The notes under the pieces are model-generated. The model did not search any database, was not told the origin of the DNA, and saw nothing but the letters and a program-made list of their open reading frames with translations. This document shows positions 29,995 through 39,708 of a stretch of DNA of 52,970 bases, piece after piece; the stretch's first letter is position 1, and every line of letters starts with the position of its first letter. Both the position numbers and the translations under genes were made by a program. The DNA comes from Actinomycetota bacterium (GTDB taxonomy: Bacteria; Actinomycetota; Acidimicrobiia; Spongiisociales; UBA4744): assembly GCA_013152275.1 (NCBI GenBank), contig JAADGS010000026.1, forward strand, positions 124,001 to 176,970, given 5' to 3'.

Positions 29995-31137
29995 GTGAAT
30001 GTATCGTCCTGTAGGTGGACCGTACCGGTGGCATGGGCGATCACGGTGCTGTCACTCGTAGGTTTCGTCGTTTTTTCGACAACCCAACTTCCCGAGGCCG
30101 TCCACGGCGCGCCCGACTTTCCCAATTACTACTTCGGGGGAGAGCGCCTCCTGTCGGGTGAACCGGTGTACGGACCGATCGGCGAAGATGTGCGGGAGCT
30201 CTTCGGCGTGGACGGTTACAGGAACTATCCGGCCGATCCACCTGCGACGGTCGTACTCCTTGCACCGCTGTCCCTGTTGCCCTACACGGCGGCATGGTGG
30301 CTGTTCTTCGCGTTGTCCGCGGTGCTGCTCATGGGAGTCGGCTACTCGACTGCGAAGGAGGTTGGCTGGTCACGGCCCGGCGCAGTTGCCCTCGGGGCCA
30401 CCATGCTGATCACTTCGGCCGGGAGGTTTCTTCTCTTCCGGAATCATATGGAGGCGATCCTCCTGCTGTTTCTCTTTCTCGGGTGGCGGGCGTTGCGGCG
30501 TGGTCGGGATCTCGAAGGTGGAGCCTGGTGGGGGTTCGCTGCGGCCCTGAAACTCTTCCCCGTTTTTCTGATCGTCGGGTTGCTCGCGGTGCGCCGAACC
30601 AAAGCGGCGGTTTCTGCGGTGATCGCAGCCGTGGTCGCAACAGGCCTGGGTGTGACGATCCTGGGCTGGGACAACACCATGACGTTCATCCGGGACGTGC
30701 TTCCGGCTTCGAAAGAGTGGTACGGGGCGTTCGGGAACTACTCGCTTCTGTCGTTCGGAACGGCTCTGGTCTCCGAACCGTTCGGATGGGTCCTGGGTGC
30801 TGTGGGCGCTCTTGCCCTCACCTGGTGGTACTGGCGCAGAGCGGAGACCGTCGATCAGGCATGGGTGGGTGGTGTCGCCGCGATGCTGCTGATCAGTCCG
30901 CTGTCCTGGCTCAACTATCTGGTCCTCGTGGTGCCGGGCGTGATGCTGATCGCGCGTCGTCTCGACGTGAGGACGGCTCGTGGACGATGGACACTTCTGG
31001 GTCTGGCCGGTTCACTCGGATTCTGGGGACCGATCCTTTTCGCAGAACGGGTGCCATCCGTCCTGCTGTCATTCGTTCCCACGTACGGGCTGTTGGCTCT
31101 GTTCGTATTGGGCATGCACCGAGCGGTCGAAACCTGA
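29995..31137 (+). CDS. GT87 (DUF2029)-like membrane glycosyltransferase
   Basis: DFPNYY after TM1, YPADPP, LAPLSLLPY, AAALKLFP, GNYSL, SPLSWLNY; multi-TM. Confidence 0.78.
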   Translation: MNVSSCRWTVPVAWAITVLSLVGFVVFSTTQLPEAVHGAPDFPNYYFGGERLLSGEPVYGPIGEDVRELFGVDGYRNYPADPPATVVLLAPLSLLPYTAAWWLFFALSAVLLMGVGYSTAKEVGWSRPGAVALGATMLITSAGRFLLFRNHMEAILLLFLFLGWRALRRGRDLEGGAWWGFAAALKLFPVFLIVGLLAVRRTKAAVSAVIAAVVATGLGVTILGWDNTMTFIRDVLPASKEWYGAFGNYSLLSFGTALVSEPFGWVLGAVGALALTWWYWRRAETVDQAWVGGVAAMLLISPLSWLNYLVLVVPGVMLIARRLDVRTARGRWTLLGLAGSLGFWGPILFAERVPSVLLSFVPTYGLLALFVLGMHRAVET

Positions 31138-31228
31138 CGGCGGGTGCCCGTCGGGGAGAGAACCGTCCCGGCCGGGGAGTGGGGGGATTCGGCAAGGGGA
31201 TCGGTTCAGAGCGCGGACACCCGCCGTC
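31136..31228 (-). ncRNA. Candidate rod-shaped sRNA with C-rich apical loop
   Basis: 15-bp closing stem plus three inner stems; loop AAUCCCCCCACUCCC; TACCTT -10 hexamer 6 nt upstream of the first paired G. Confidence 0.5.
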
Positions 31229-31305
31229 GAGAGCAAGGTAACGCGTCCGGGGTCTTATCGGAGTGCCATGCTTGCCGGCCCGCCTGGTGAACGACAGGAG
31301 GTTCG

Positions 31306-31388
31306 TACCGGGAGTGGGATTCGAACCCACACGTCCTTTCGGACAACGGATTTTGAGTCCGCCGCGTCTACCATTCCGCCATCCCGGC
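31306..31388 (-). tRNA. tRNA-Leu (anticodon CAA)
   Basis: GCCGGGATGGCGGAATGGTAGACGCGGCGGACT-CAA-AATCCGTTGTCCGAAAGGACGTGTGGGTTCGAATCCCACTCCCGGTA; long variable arm; CCA not encoded. Confidence 0.97.
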
Positions 31389-31417
31389 TCGCATCACACA
31401 GTATGGTACGTGCGGGC

Positions 31418-31699
31418 ATGACACGACGCATCGAGCGCAAGCTCTTCCGCATCAACGACGAGATCGAGCGCCTCCTCCGAGAAGAGAGACTCGTCTTCGA
31501 CGAACTCCAGTATCACCGGCACATCGCAGATGATGCCCGGCGGGATGCTGTGGTCGGCGATGCCGACGATCGCGCTTTCGCCCGAGAGACCGAGAGGGAT
31601 GTGCCTCGATTCGAACGTGCCCTCAACGACTTGAAGCGCAGACGCGGCAATCTGGAAGAGGAGCGGGCGAGGCTTCTGAACAAGCTCGGGGACCTGTGA
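31418..31699 (+). CDS. Hypothetical coiled-coil protein (93 aa)
   Basis: Charged heptad pattern; stop overlaps the polA start (GTGATG). Confidence 0.75.
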   Translation: MTRRIERKLFRINDEIERLLREERLVFDELQYHRHIADDARRDAVVGDADDRAFARETERDVPRFERALNDLKRRRGNLEEERARLLNKLGDL

Positions 31700-34305
31700 T
31701 GGAGACGCTTGCACTCCTCGACGGACACAGCCTCGCGTACCGGGCGTTCTACGCGCTTCCGGAAGACCTGACCACATCGTCCGGCCAGCCGACCAATTCG
31801 GTGTACGGGTTCACCTCGATGCTCCTCAAGCTCTTGGCCGACCACCACCCGGACGCGGTCGCCGTCGCCTGGGACACACCGGTGCCGACCTTCCGCAAGG
31901 AGGCCTACGAGCCGTACAAGGCGCAACGCGCCAAGGCCCCCGACACCTTTCGTCGCCAGCTACCTCTCATCAGAGAAGTCGTCGACAGTCTCGGGTTTCC
32001 TCAGGTCGAAGCCGACGGGTTCGAGGCAGACGACGTCATCGCGACGATCGCGGCTCGGGCTGAGGAGGCAGGTTGGCGTGTGATCGTGGTTACGGGGGAT
32101 CGTGACGCGTTTCAACTGATAGACGATCACGTGACGGTTCTCTACACACGGCGCGGCATCAGCGACATCGTGGTGGCAGACGCTGCATGGGTGGAGGCAC
32201 GCTACGGGATCCCTCCTTCTCACTACGTGGACTATGCAGCGCTCCGCGGAGATCCTTCGGACAACCTGCCGGGCGTACCCGGAGTGGGGGAGAAGACGGC
32301 CGCGCGACTGATAGGAGCCCACGGCACTCTCGAGGGAGTCTATGAGCACCTCGCAGACCTGACACCGAAGCTTCGAGAGAATCTCGCAGCGAACCGGGAA
32401 CAGGTGTTCCTCAATCGGCGCCTGATGTGTCTACGGCGCGAAGTGCCACTCAGTCTCGATATTGCCGACCTCGCCAATCGCACGTGGGACCGGGAGAGGG
32501 TGCAGCGGCTGTTCGAGAGTCTCGAGTTCAAGGTGCTCTGGGAACGCCTCGTCGGACTGGACGAGAACAAGCTTCCCGCAGAGGTCTTGGATGTGGCCAC
32601 CCGGACCGTCATCGACCCCGAAGAGATAGCCGGAGTCGTTGCCGCGTCCCCGCTGGTGCTGGAACCGGTGTGGGAGGTGGAGACTCTCGCCGGGGTGACG
32701 GTGGCGGAAGGCATCGACGGGGCCGTGTTCATTCCTGTCGAGTACCTGGAAGCGATGTACGGCGTGTTGAGTGACCCGGACCACCCGAAAGTCCTGCATG
32801 ACGCCAAGCCGTTCATCAGAGCCCTGCTCGAACGCGGAGTGGGTTTCGAAGGTCTTTCTTTCGACTGTGCGCTTGCTGCCTATCTGATCAGCCCCGCGTC
32901 GCGAAGCTACTCCCTTGCCCACATCGCCGATACCGTTCTCGGCGTCGAACTCGAATCGGTGGATGCAACGAAGCAGGGCACTCTGGATTTCGGAGGTGGT
33001 CCCGACATCGAAGCCTCAGGCCGGCGGGTCGTCGCCGTCGCCAGAGTCGCCGAAGTACTTGGTCCGCAGCTCGAGGCCCGCGGAGAGCGAGAACTTCTCG
33101 AGAACTTCGAACTCCCTCTCGTTGGGGTGCTCGCTCGGATGGAAGCAGCCGGTATCGGGGTCGACCGGGAGTACCTGGAGCAGCTCGGAGCCGATCTGAG
33201 GGTGGATCTGGCGGGCCTCGAGAGCGACATCTATGACGCCGCAGGCACCGTGTTCAACATCAACTCGGCCGGGCAACTTCGTGAAGTGCTCTTCGACAAC
33301 TTGGGGCTCCCGGTATTGAAGAAGACACCGAAGGGTGCGCCGTCGACCGATCAGTCGGTACTCAAGAAACTGGCAACGGCGCATCCGGTCGTGGCGTTGC
33401 TGCTCCGTTACCGCGAACTGGAGAAGTTGCGGTCCACCTATGTGGATGGGTACCTACCGTTGATCGAAGAGGATGGACGTATTCACACGCGGTTCAATCA
33501 GATGGGCGCAGCGACCGGCCGCCTGTCTTCGGATCGACCCAACCTCCAGAATATCCCGGTACGTTCGGAGACCGGCCGCATGATCCGGCGTGCGTTCGTT
33601 CCCGAGCAGGGTTGGAAGTTCATCGTCGCCGACTATTCACAGATTGAACTTCGTGTTCTGGCCCATCTCAGCGGCGACCCCGGTCTCGTCGAGGCGTTCG
33701 AAGGCGAGAGCGCCGACATTCACACTGCGACGGCCGCCCGTGTGTTCGGTGTTGATCCTTCCAGTGTCACGAGTGAGATGCGCCGGCGTGCCAAGGCCAT
33801 CAACTTCGGTCTGCTCTACGGCATGGAGGCATACGGGCTCGCCGATCGTCTCGAGATCTCGCGTGAAGAGGCCGCAGAGCACATCGAGACCTACTTCGCG
33901 CAGTTTCCGCTCGTGAAGGCCTATCTTGCTTCGGTCGTAGCGGAAGCGAGGACCCGGGGCTACACGGAGACCATGTTCGGGCGCCGCCGGTATCTCCCCG
34001 AGCTTTCGAGCGACAACTATCGCATCCGACAGATGGGGGAGAGGATGGCGCTGAACGCACCGGTGCAGGGCTCGGCGGCCGACATCATCAAGAAAGCGAT
34101 GATCGATCTCGACATCGTGCTGCGGCCGATGAGAACTCGCCTCCTGCTACAGATCCACGACGAACTGGTCGTTGAAGCCCCGCCGGACGAGTGGGAGCAT
34201 GCTTCAAGCATCCTTCGGCGGACCATGGAGGATGTCGCACAGTTGCGGATTCCGCTCAAAGTCGAACTCGCATCCGGGTTCAACCTGGCGGAATGCAAGG
34301 TGTGA
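31699..34305 (+). CDS. polA: DNA polymerase I
   Basis: DGHSLAYRAFYA, GDPSDNLPGVPGVGEKTA, DYSQIELR, AKAINFGLLYG, QIHDEL. Confidence 0.98.
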   Translation: METLALLDGHSLAYRAFYALPEDLTTSSGQPTNSVYGFTSMLLKLLADHHPDAVAVAWDTPVPTFRKEAYEPYKAQRAKAPDTFRRQLPLIREVVDSLGFPQVEADGFEADDVIATIAARAEEAGWRVIVVTGDRDAFQLIDDHVTVLYTRRGISDIVVADAAWVEARYGIPPSHYVDYAALRGDPSDNLPGVPGVGEKTAARLIGAHGTLEGVYEHLADLTPKLRENLAANREQVFLNRRLMCLRREVPLSLDIADLANRTWDRERVQRLFESLEFKVLWERLVGLDENKLPAEVLDVATRTVIDPEEIAGVVAASPLVLEPVWEVETLAGVTVAEGIDGAVFIPVEYLEAMYGVLSDPDHPKVLHDAKPFIRALLERGVGFEGLSFDCALAAYLISPASRSYSLAHIADTVLGVELESVDATKQGTLDFGGGPDIEASGRRVVAVARVAEVLGPQLEARGERELLENFELPLVGVLARMEAAGIGVDREYLEQLGADLRVDLAGLESDIYDAAGTVFNINSAGQLREVLFDNLGLPVLKKTPKGAPSTDQSVLKKLATAHPVVALLLRYRELEKLRSTYVDGYLPLIEEDGRIHTRFNQMGAATGRLSSDRPNLQNIPVRSETGRMIRRAFVPEQGWKFIVADYSQIELRVLAHLSGDPGLVEAFEGESADIHTATAARVFGVDPSSVTSEMRRRAKAINFGLLYGMEAYGLADRLEISREEAAEHIETYFAQFPLVKAYLASVVAEARTRGYTETMFGRRRYLPELSSDNYRIRQMGERMALNAPVQGSAADIIKKAMIDLDIVLRPMRTRLLLQIHDELVVEAPPDEWEHASSILRRTMEDVAQLRIPLKVELASGFNLAECKV

Positions 34306-34401
34306 CCTGTGCGGACCTGATACAGCATTGGATTCCGTGCTAACCTACTTCCGCCTCCGGGAGTCCCCGGGGAACCTTTCCATGAGGAGTACACAGCACA
34401 C

Positions 34402-36015
34402 ATGACCACCGAGCACGAGTCCGCGTCTGCGCAGGACCCGACCATCACCGAGGCCTTCACCACGCCCGTGGCGGAGGAGACCGTATCCGAGCCGATCGAA
34501 TCCCCCACAGAGATCGTCGAGAAGACCTCCGATCCTGAAGGGGCAGCCGTCGAAGAGCCGAAAGCAGAACCGGAAGCTGAGGCGGCAACTGTCGAGATTC
34601 CCGAAACGCCGGCAGCAGAGCCGGAAGCCGAGGCGCCCGAGCCTGTCGAGACCCCGGCGGATGCAGAGGGCGATGCGCCCGAGTCCGTCGAGACTCCGGT
34701 GGAGGTGGCGGCCGAGCCAGAGCCGGAAAGAATCGTGATCCCCGCGGAGCGGCCCGCCATCGTTGCCAGGGATGTGAGCGATCTCCCCGACGATTTGGAT
34801 TTTGGGGCGGCCATCGAAGCTACGGTGCTCGAGTTCGACGAGGGTGACATCGTGGAAGGCACGGTTGCGAGTATCGATCAAGATGGTGTGCTGGTGGATG
34901 TCGGATACAAGTCCGAAGGGCTGATCCCACTGCGCGAACTCTCGATCCGTCGAGGTATCGATCCGAACGAGATCGTGTCGATCGGCGATCGGATCGAATC
35001 GCTTGTCCTCGACAAAGAGGATGACGAAGGACGTCTGATCCTGTCGAAGAAGCGTGCCCAGTACGAGCGTGCCTGGGGCAAGATTCAGCGGGTTTTCGCC
35101 GAAGGTGGGATCGTTTCGGGTCCGGTCATCGAAGTCGTCAAGGGTGGACTCATCGTCGACATCGGACTTCGGGGCTTCCTGCCTGCGTCGCTGGTCGAGC
35201 TGCGTCGTGTGCGTGATCTTCAGCCGTACATCGGCCAGGAGATCGAAGCCAAGGTGATCGAACTGGACCGTAACCGCAACAACGTGGTTCTGTCCCGCCG
35301 TGCTTTCCTCGAGGAGCAGCAGGCCGAGGAGCGCCAGGCGTTTCTCGACCGCCTCGCCGTTGGCGAGACATGCACCGGCGTCGTTTCGTCGGTTGTCAAC
35401 TTTGGAGCGTTCGTCGATCTCGGCGGCATGGACGGGCTCGTCCACGTTTCGGAGCTGTCCTATCAGCATGTCAACCATCCGTCCGAAGTGGTCAAGGTCG
35501 GTGATGAGGTGACGGTCAAGGTGCTGGAAGTGGATCTGGGCAGGGAGCGCATCTCACTCTCGATGAAACAGACGCAAGATGACCCGTGGGAGAAGTTCGC
35601 CGGAGAACACGAGGTGGGCGATGTCGTGGACGGCGTCGTCACCAAGACCGTGCCCTTCGGTGCCTTCGTTTCCGTCGGTGAGGGTGTCGAGGGCCTCGTC
35701 CATGTCTCTGAGATCGCCATGCATCGTGTCGAGTCGCCTGAACTCGAACTGTCGATCGGCAAGGCGGTCTCGGTGAAGGTCACGGAGATGGACACCGAGC
35801 GACGCCGGGTCAGCCTCTCGATCAAGCAGGCCCTGCCGGACTGGAAGGAACGCAAGGAAGAGCCGCGACCCGAACGCAGCAGGCCTGCACCGAGGGTCCG
35901 CGAATTCGAGCGCGAGCGTCCCGAACCGTCCGAACGTGAGCGCACGTTCGATGTCGACGCGTCGCTCGAAGCGATCCTCCAGGAACTCAAGGAGCGGGGG
36001 ATCGGTAGACGCTGA
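34402..36015 (+). CDS. rpsA: 30S ribosomal protein S1 with long acidic N-terminal extension
   Basis: DVGYKSEG, LRGFLPASLV, DGLVHVSELS, EGLVHVSEIA: four S1 repeats; follows polA. Confidence 0.96.
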   Translation: MTTEHESASAQDPTITEAFTTPVAEETVSEPIESPTEIVEKTSDPEGAAVEEPKAEPEAEAATVEIPETPAAEPEAEAPEPVETPADAEGDAPESVETPVEVAAEPEPERIVIPAERPAIVARDVSDLPDDLDFGAAIEATVLEFDEGDIVEGTVASIDQDGVLVDVGYKSEGLIPLRELSIRRGIDPNEIVSIGDRIESLVLDKEDDEGRLILSKKRAQYERAWGKIQRVFAEGGIVSGPVIEVVKGGLIVDIGLRGFLPASLVELRRVRDLQPYIGQEIEAKVIELDRNRNNVVLSRRAFLEEQQAEERQAFLDRLAVGETCTGVVSSVVNFGAFVDLGGMDGLVHVSELSYQHVNHPSEVVKVGDEVTVKVLEVDLGRERISLSMKQTQDDPWEKFAGEHEVGDVVDGVVTKTVPFGAFVSVGEGVEGLVHVSEIAMHRVESPELELSIGKAVSVKVTEMDTERRRVSLSIKQALPDWKERKEEPRPERSRPAPRVREFERERPEPSERERTFDVDASLEAILQELKERGIGRR

Positions 36016-36043
36016 TCGCCTGGATGAATTGGACAACTTGCTC

Positions 36044-36071
36044 TTGACACCAAGCCAGACTGTGCCAATCT
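36044..36071 (+). promoter_or_regulatory. Putative sigma-70-type promoter of the tad operon
   Basis: TTGACA-16 nt-CAATCT with TG extension. Confidence 0.5.
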
Positions 36072-36215
36072 TGTGTCGCTGGTTGGGAGGGCATGGCAAA
36101 GCCGTGCAAACCATGAACGAGGCGGTAGCCTCCAGGTCGGTGCGCGCCGGAACGAGAATTGCATCGCGATTCGCGGCATATGCGCCGAGCCGGGGGAAGG
36201 ACCGAAGGAGAGTCG

Positions 36216-37085
36216 ATGGGTAGACGAACCTTGGTGTTGATCGTGGCCTTGCTGCTCGCTGCCGTTGCGGCGTTTGCACTGTGGCAGTTCATGAGCAATG
36301 TCCAGAACGAAGCTGAGGCGAAGCTCGAGTACCGGACGGTCTATCGTTCGACAGATCTGATCGCCGAAGGAACCGAGGGATCCCTGGTGCTGTCGCAGAA
36401 GCGTGCCGTCGAGGATCGAGAAGAGACACAATTCATGCCTGAGAACGCCATCGGCTCCGATGAAGAACTGAGGCAGGTGTTGACGGGGCGGGTGGCAGCC
36501 GGCCCCATCTCAGCTCGCCAGATCCTCACGACCGACCAGTGGGTCGCCTTGACGGCGGAGATCAAGCCGCTTGCCGAGCGGATTCCGGAAGGTAGGCAAG
36601 CCATCACCGTGTCCGTGGACTCGGTCCGTGGTGTCAACGGCTTCATCGAACCTGGGGACCGCATCAACGTGATCGTGACACTTCAGGCGGGTATCTCGGA
36701 CTTCGTGCAGCAGAGCGTCGACTCTGGTGTTCCACTCTCCCCGGATGAGCTGGCAGCCATCGAGCAACAGGTGAACGCGGGCTTGATCACACGCTTCGTC
36801 ATGCAGGGATTACCGGTGCTTGCCGTCGGCAGTAAGATCCGAGCCGAGGAAAATGTCGACCGGAACGTGACGGTCACGACCGTCGCCGCCGAGGGTGAAC
36901 AGCCGGCCGACCAGAGCCGGGGTGTGCTGACGCTGGAAGTCACGCCCGAAGAGGCCGAGAGACTTGTGTTCACGTTTGAGAATGGCAGTGTCTGGCTGAC
37001 ATTGGTCCCAGCGGACTTCGTGCCGGTCCCGACCGAAGGTGTGACCAGGGATACGTTGTTCGAGGAGCCAGGTGTCGGACGCTAA
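36216..37085 (+). CDS. cpaB: Flp pilus assembly protein CpaB/RcpC
   Basis: N-terminal TM, SAF-like region, IPEGRQAITV, GVNGFIEPGDRINV, LTLEVTPEEAERL; AAGGAG RBS. Confidence 0.9.
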   Translation: MGRRTLVLIVALLLAAVAAFALWQFMSNVQNEAEAKLEYRTVYRSTDLIAEGTEGSLVLSQKRAVEDREETQFMPENAIGSDEELRQVLTGRVAAGPISARQILTTDQWVALTAEIKPLAERIPEGRQAITVSVDSVRGVNGFIEPGDRINVIVTLQAGISDFVQQSVDSGVPLSPDELAAIEQQVNAGLITRFVMQGLPVLAVGSKIRAEENVDRNVTVTTVAAEGEQPADQSRGVLTLEVTPEEAERLVFTFENGSVWLTLVPADFVPVPTEGVTRDTLFEEPGVGR

Positions 37086-38277
37086 GCGGACGTTTGACGG
37101 TAGTGGGATTCTCATCGTCGACGGCGATGAAGGTTTCCTCAGTGATGCCAACCGCATGTTCGAGAGCGGTGTGGGGACCTCCAGCTCGATAGCGGCTGCT
37201 CAGAGGGCCGTCACAGACGGCAATATCGATCTCATCGTCCTCGGACCGAGCTTCGCAACCGAGACCGGCATTCGGGATGCGAGTTTCCTCGTCGAGGATG
37301 ACCCGGGGCTGGCTGTCGTTGTGGTAGCCGGTACGGTGACCGCGACCTTGTTGAGGGCCGCGATGCGCGCCGGGTTTGTCGACGTGATCGAAGCTCCTCT
37401 CGACACGGGCAAGATGGCCGAGGCGATGGGACAGGCCGAGCGCCTCGGGCGACGTCGACAATCCGGGATGCTCCCGGCCGAGCCGTTCAGCGGTCCGTAC
37501 AGAGAAGCACGGGTCATTACGGTGATGTCGGCGAAAGGTGGGAGCGGGAAGACCGTGACCGCGACCAACCTCACAATGCTGCTCGCGAAGGCCTACGACC
37601 CTTCACGAGTCTGTATTGTCGACGCAGACCTTCAGTTCGGTGATGTCTGCCTTGTGCTGCAGCTCGAACCGAAACTGACCATCGTGGATGCGTCGCACGA
37701 ATTGGAGCATTTGGACGAGTCGCTCCTCGATTCGATCCTCACCGTACATCCATCCGGCCTGAGGGTGTTGGCTGCCCCGCTCGAACCGGTGTTCGCGGAC
37801 CAGGTGTCAACTGCAGCGATGACCGAAATCATCAACCGTCTCCGTCCGATGTTCGACTACATCGTCGTCGATACGGCATCGTTGCTCGACGAGTTGCTCC
37901 TCTCGCTGCTCGAGCGTTCCGACCAGGTACTGTTCGTCGTTGACATGGACCTGCCGAGTGTCAAGAACGCCAAACTCGCTCTTGAGACGCTGCGTCTCCT
38001 CAAATTCCCGTCCGCGAAGATTCAACTCGTGCTCAACAGAAGCAACGCGCGTGCCCGACTCGACGAGAAAGAGATCGAGAAATCACTGAAGCTGAAGATA
38101 TCTGCGGCGATCCCATCGGATGGGATGGTTCCTGCCTCGGTCAATGAGGGCAGGCCGGTGGTGGAGTCCGCTCCCCGCTCGAAGGTGGCCAAGGGTTTCG
38201 AATCGGTATTCAGGCTGGTTTCCGGACCCGAAAAGACTGGTTCAGGTCGCTCGGGAAAGCGCCGATGGTTGTCGTAG
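37072..38277 (+). CDS. cpaE: CpaE/TadZ (pseudo-receiver + MinD-like ATPase)
   Basis: Receiver-like N-terminus lacking the phospho-Asp (VLGPS), SAKGGSGKT, DADLQFGD, VVDT. Confidence 0.88.
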   Translation: MSDAKRTFDGSGILIVDGDEGFLSDANRMFESGVGTSSSIAAAQRAVTDGNIDLIVLGPSFATETGIRDASFLVEDDPGLAVVVVAGTVTATLLRAAMRAGFVDVIEAPLDTGKMAEAMGQAERLGRRRQSGMLPAEPFSGPYREARVITVMSAKGGSGKTVTATNLTMLLAKAYDPSRVCIVDADLQFGDVCLVLQLEPKLTIVDASHELEHLDESLLDSILTVHPSGLRVLAAPLEPVFADQVSTAAMTEIINRLRPMFDYIVVDTASLLDELLLSLLERSDQVLFVVDMDLPSVKNAKLALETLRLLKFPSAKIQLVLNRSNARARLDEKEIEKSLKLKISAAIPSDGMVPASVNEGRPVVESAPRSKVAKGFESVFRLVSGPEKTGSGRSGKRRWLS

Positions 38278-38337
38278 AGAGCTGATAGATTTGGCGGCGG
38301 ACCCCCAGAGGCGCCGGTAAAGGGGAAAGCGAGCATC

Positions 38338-39708
38338 ATGGCATCACTGTCCGAACGAGTCGCAGCGGCGAAGACCTCAGAGGTGGGTTACGACGCCAAG
38401 CGCGAGTCGATGTTCCGCGAGCTGCGGGGCCGGCTGCATTTCAAGGTCGTCGAAGAACTCGGACCGACTCTTTACGACCGGCAGATGAGCGATGCCGAAC
38501 TGCGGCTACGTGTCACCGAAATGCTCGAGTGGGCATTCAGCCAGGAAGACAGCGTCGGACTCTCGCGTGCCGAGAAAACGCAGCTGCTCAACGAGATCAC
38601 CAACGATGTCCTCGGCTACGGTCCGATCGATCCGTTGTTGAACGACCCGGAAGTCACCGAAATCATGGTGAACGGGCCGTTCCAGGTGTTCACCGAACGT
38701 CACGGCAAGCTCGAGAAGACCGACGTTCGCTTTGTCGACGAGGTACATCTGCGTCGCATCATCGACAAGATCGTCGGTGATGTCGGGCGCCGGATCGACG
38801 AGGCAACCCCGCTGGTCGACGCAAGGCTGCCCGACGGTTCCCGAGTCAACGCGGTCATTCATCCACTGGCGATCGGTGGGCCGTTTCTGACGATCCGAAA
38901 GTTTGCCGTCGACCCGTACACGGAAGCGGACCTGATCAGCTTCGGAACGCTGACCGAGAGGGTTGCACGTTTTGTCGAAGCGTGTGTGAAAGGGCGTCTG
39001 AACATCATCATCAGCGGTGGCACCGGTTCGGGAAAGACGACCACGCTCAACGTGTTGTCCGGGTACCTGCCGATGGACGAACGCATCGTCACGATCGAAG
39101 ATGCGGCAGAGCTTCAGCTCCGTCAGGAGCATGTACTCAGCCTGGAATCCCGTCCGGCGAATCTCGAGGGCAAAGGCCAGATCGTGATTCGGGACCTGGT
39201 GCGGAACTCCTTGCGTATGCGCCCGGACCGTATCGTCGTCGGTGAGGCCCGTGGGGGAGAGGCTCTCGACATGCTCCAGGCCATGAACACGGGCCATGAT
39301 GGATCGCTGACGACCATCCACTCCAACTCTCCGAGAGACACTCTGGCTCGTATCGAAACCATGGTGCTGATGGCCGGGTTCGACCTTCCTGTGAGAGCCA
39401 TTCGGGAGCAAGTTGCTTCGGCAGTCAACCTGATCGTGCACCAGGCACGTCTGAGAGACGGGACCCGCCGCATCACCCACATCACCGAAGTGGAAGGCAT
39501 GGAAGGCGACATCATCACCCTCCAGGATCTGTTCCTGTTCGACTTCGGGATGGGCGTCGATGAGAACGGTCGTTATCTGGGTCGTCTCAAAGCGACGGGC
39601 ATCCGTCCGACCTTCTCCGGGCACCTGCAGGACATGGGTATCAGTTTGCCGAGCGACTTGTTCGACCCCGAACCGTTCTCGCGGCGCGAAGGTCAGTACG
39701 GCAGGTGA
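38338..39708 (+). CDS. cpaF: Tad pilus assembly ATPase CpaF/TadA
   Basis: DARLPDGSRVN, GGTGSGKTT, IEDAAEL, LRMRPDRIVVGE, AMNTGHDGS. Confidence 0.97.
   Translation: MASLSERVAAAKTSEVGYDAKRESMFRELRGRLHFKVVEELGPTLYDRQMSDAELRLRVTEMLEWAFSQEDSVGLSRAEKTQLLNEITNDVLGYGPIDPLLNDPEVTEIMVNGPFQVFTERHGKLEKTDVRFVDEVHLRRIIDKIVGDVGRRIDEATPLVDARLPDGSRVNAVIHPLAIGGPFLTIRKFAVDPYTEADLISFGTLTERVARFVEACVKGRLNIIISGGTGSGKTTTLNVLSGYLPMDERIVTIEDAAELQLRQEHVLSLESRPANLEGKGQIVIRDLVRNSLRMRPDRIVVGEARGGEALDMLQAMNTGHDGSLTTIHSNSPRDTLARIETMVLMAGFDLPVRAIREQVASAVNLIVHQARLRDGTRRITHITEVEGMEGDIITLQDLFLFDFGMGVDENGRYLGRLKATGIRPTFSGHLQDMGISLPSDLFDPEPFSRREGQYGR

Noticed and set aside
29771..29998. Frameshift or pseudogene in the sensor kinase
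   Set aside because: The frame change falls within an N gap of estimated length; the normal C-terminus resumes after it
29995..31388. Integrative element at the tRNA-Leu 3' end
   Set aside because: No integrase and no duplicated tRNA 3' fragment seen in the window
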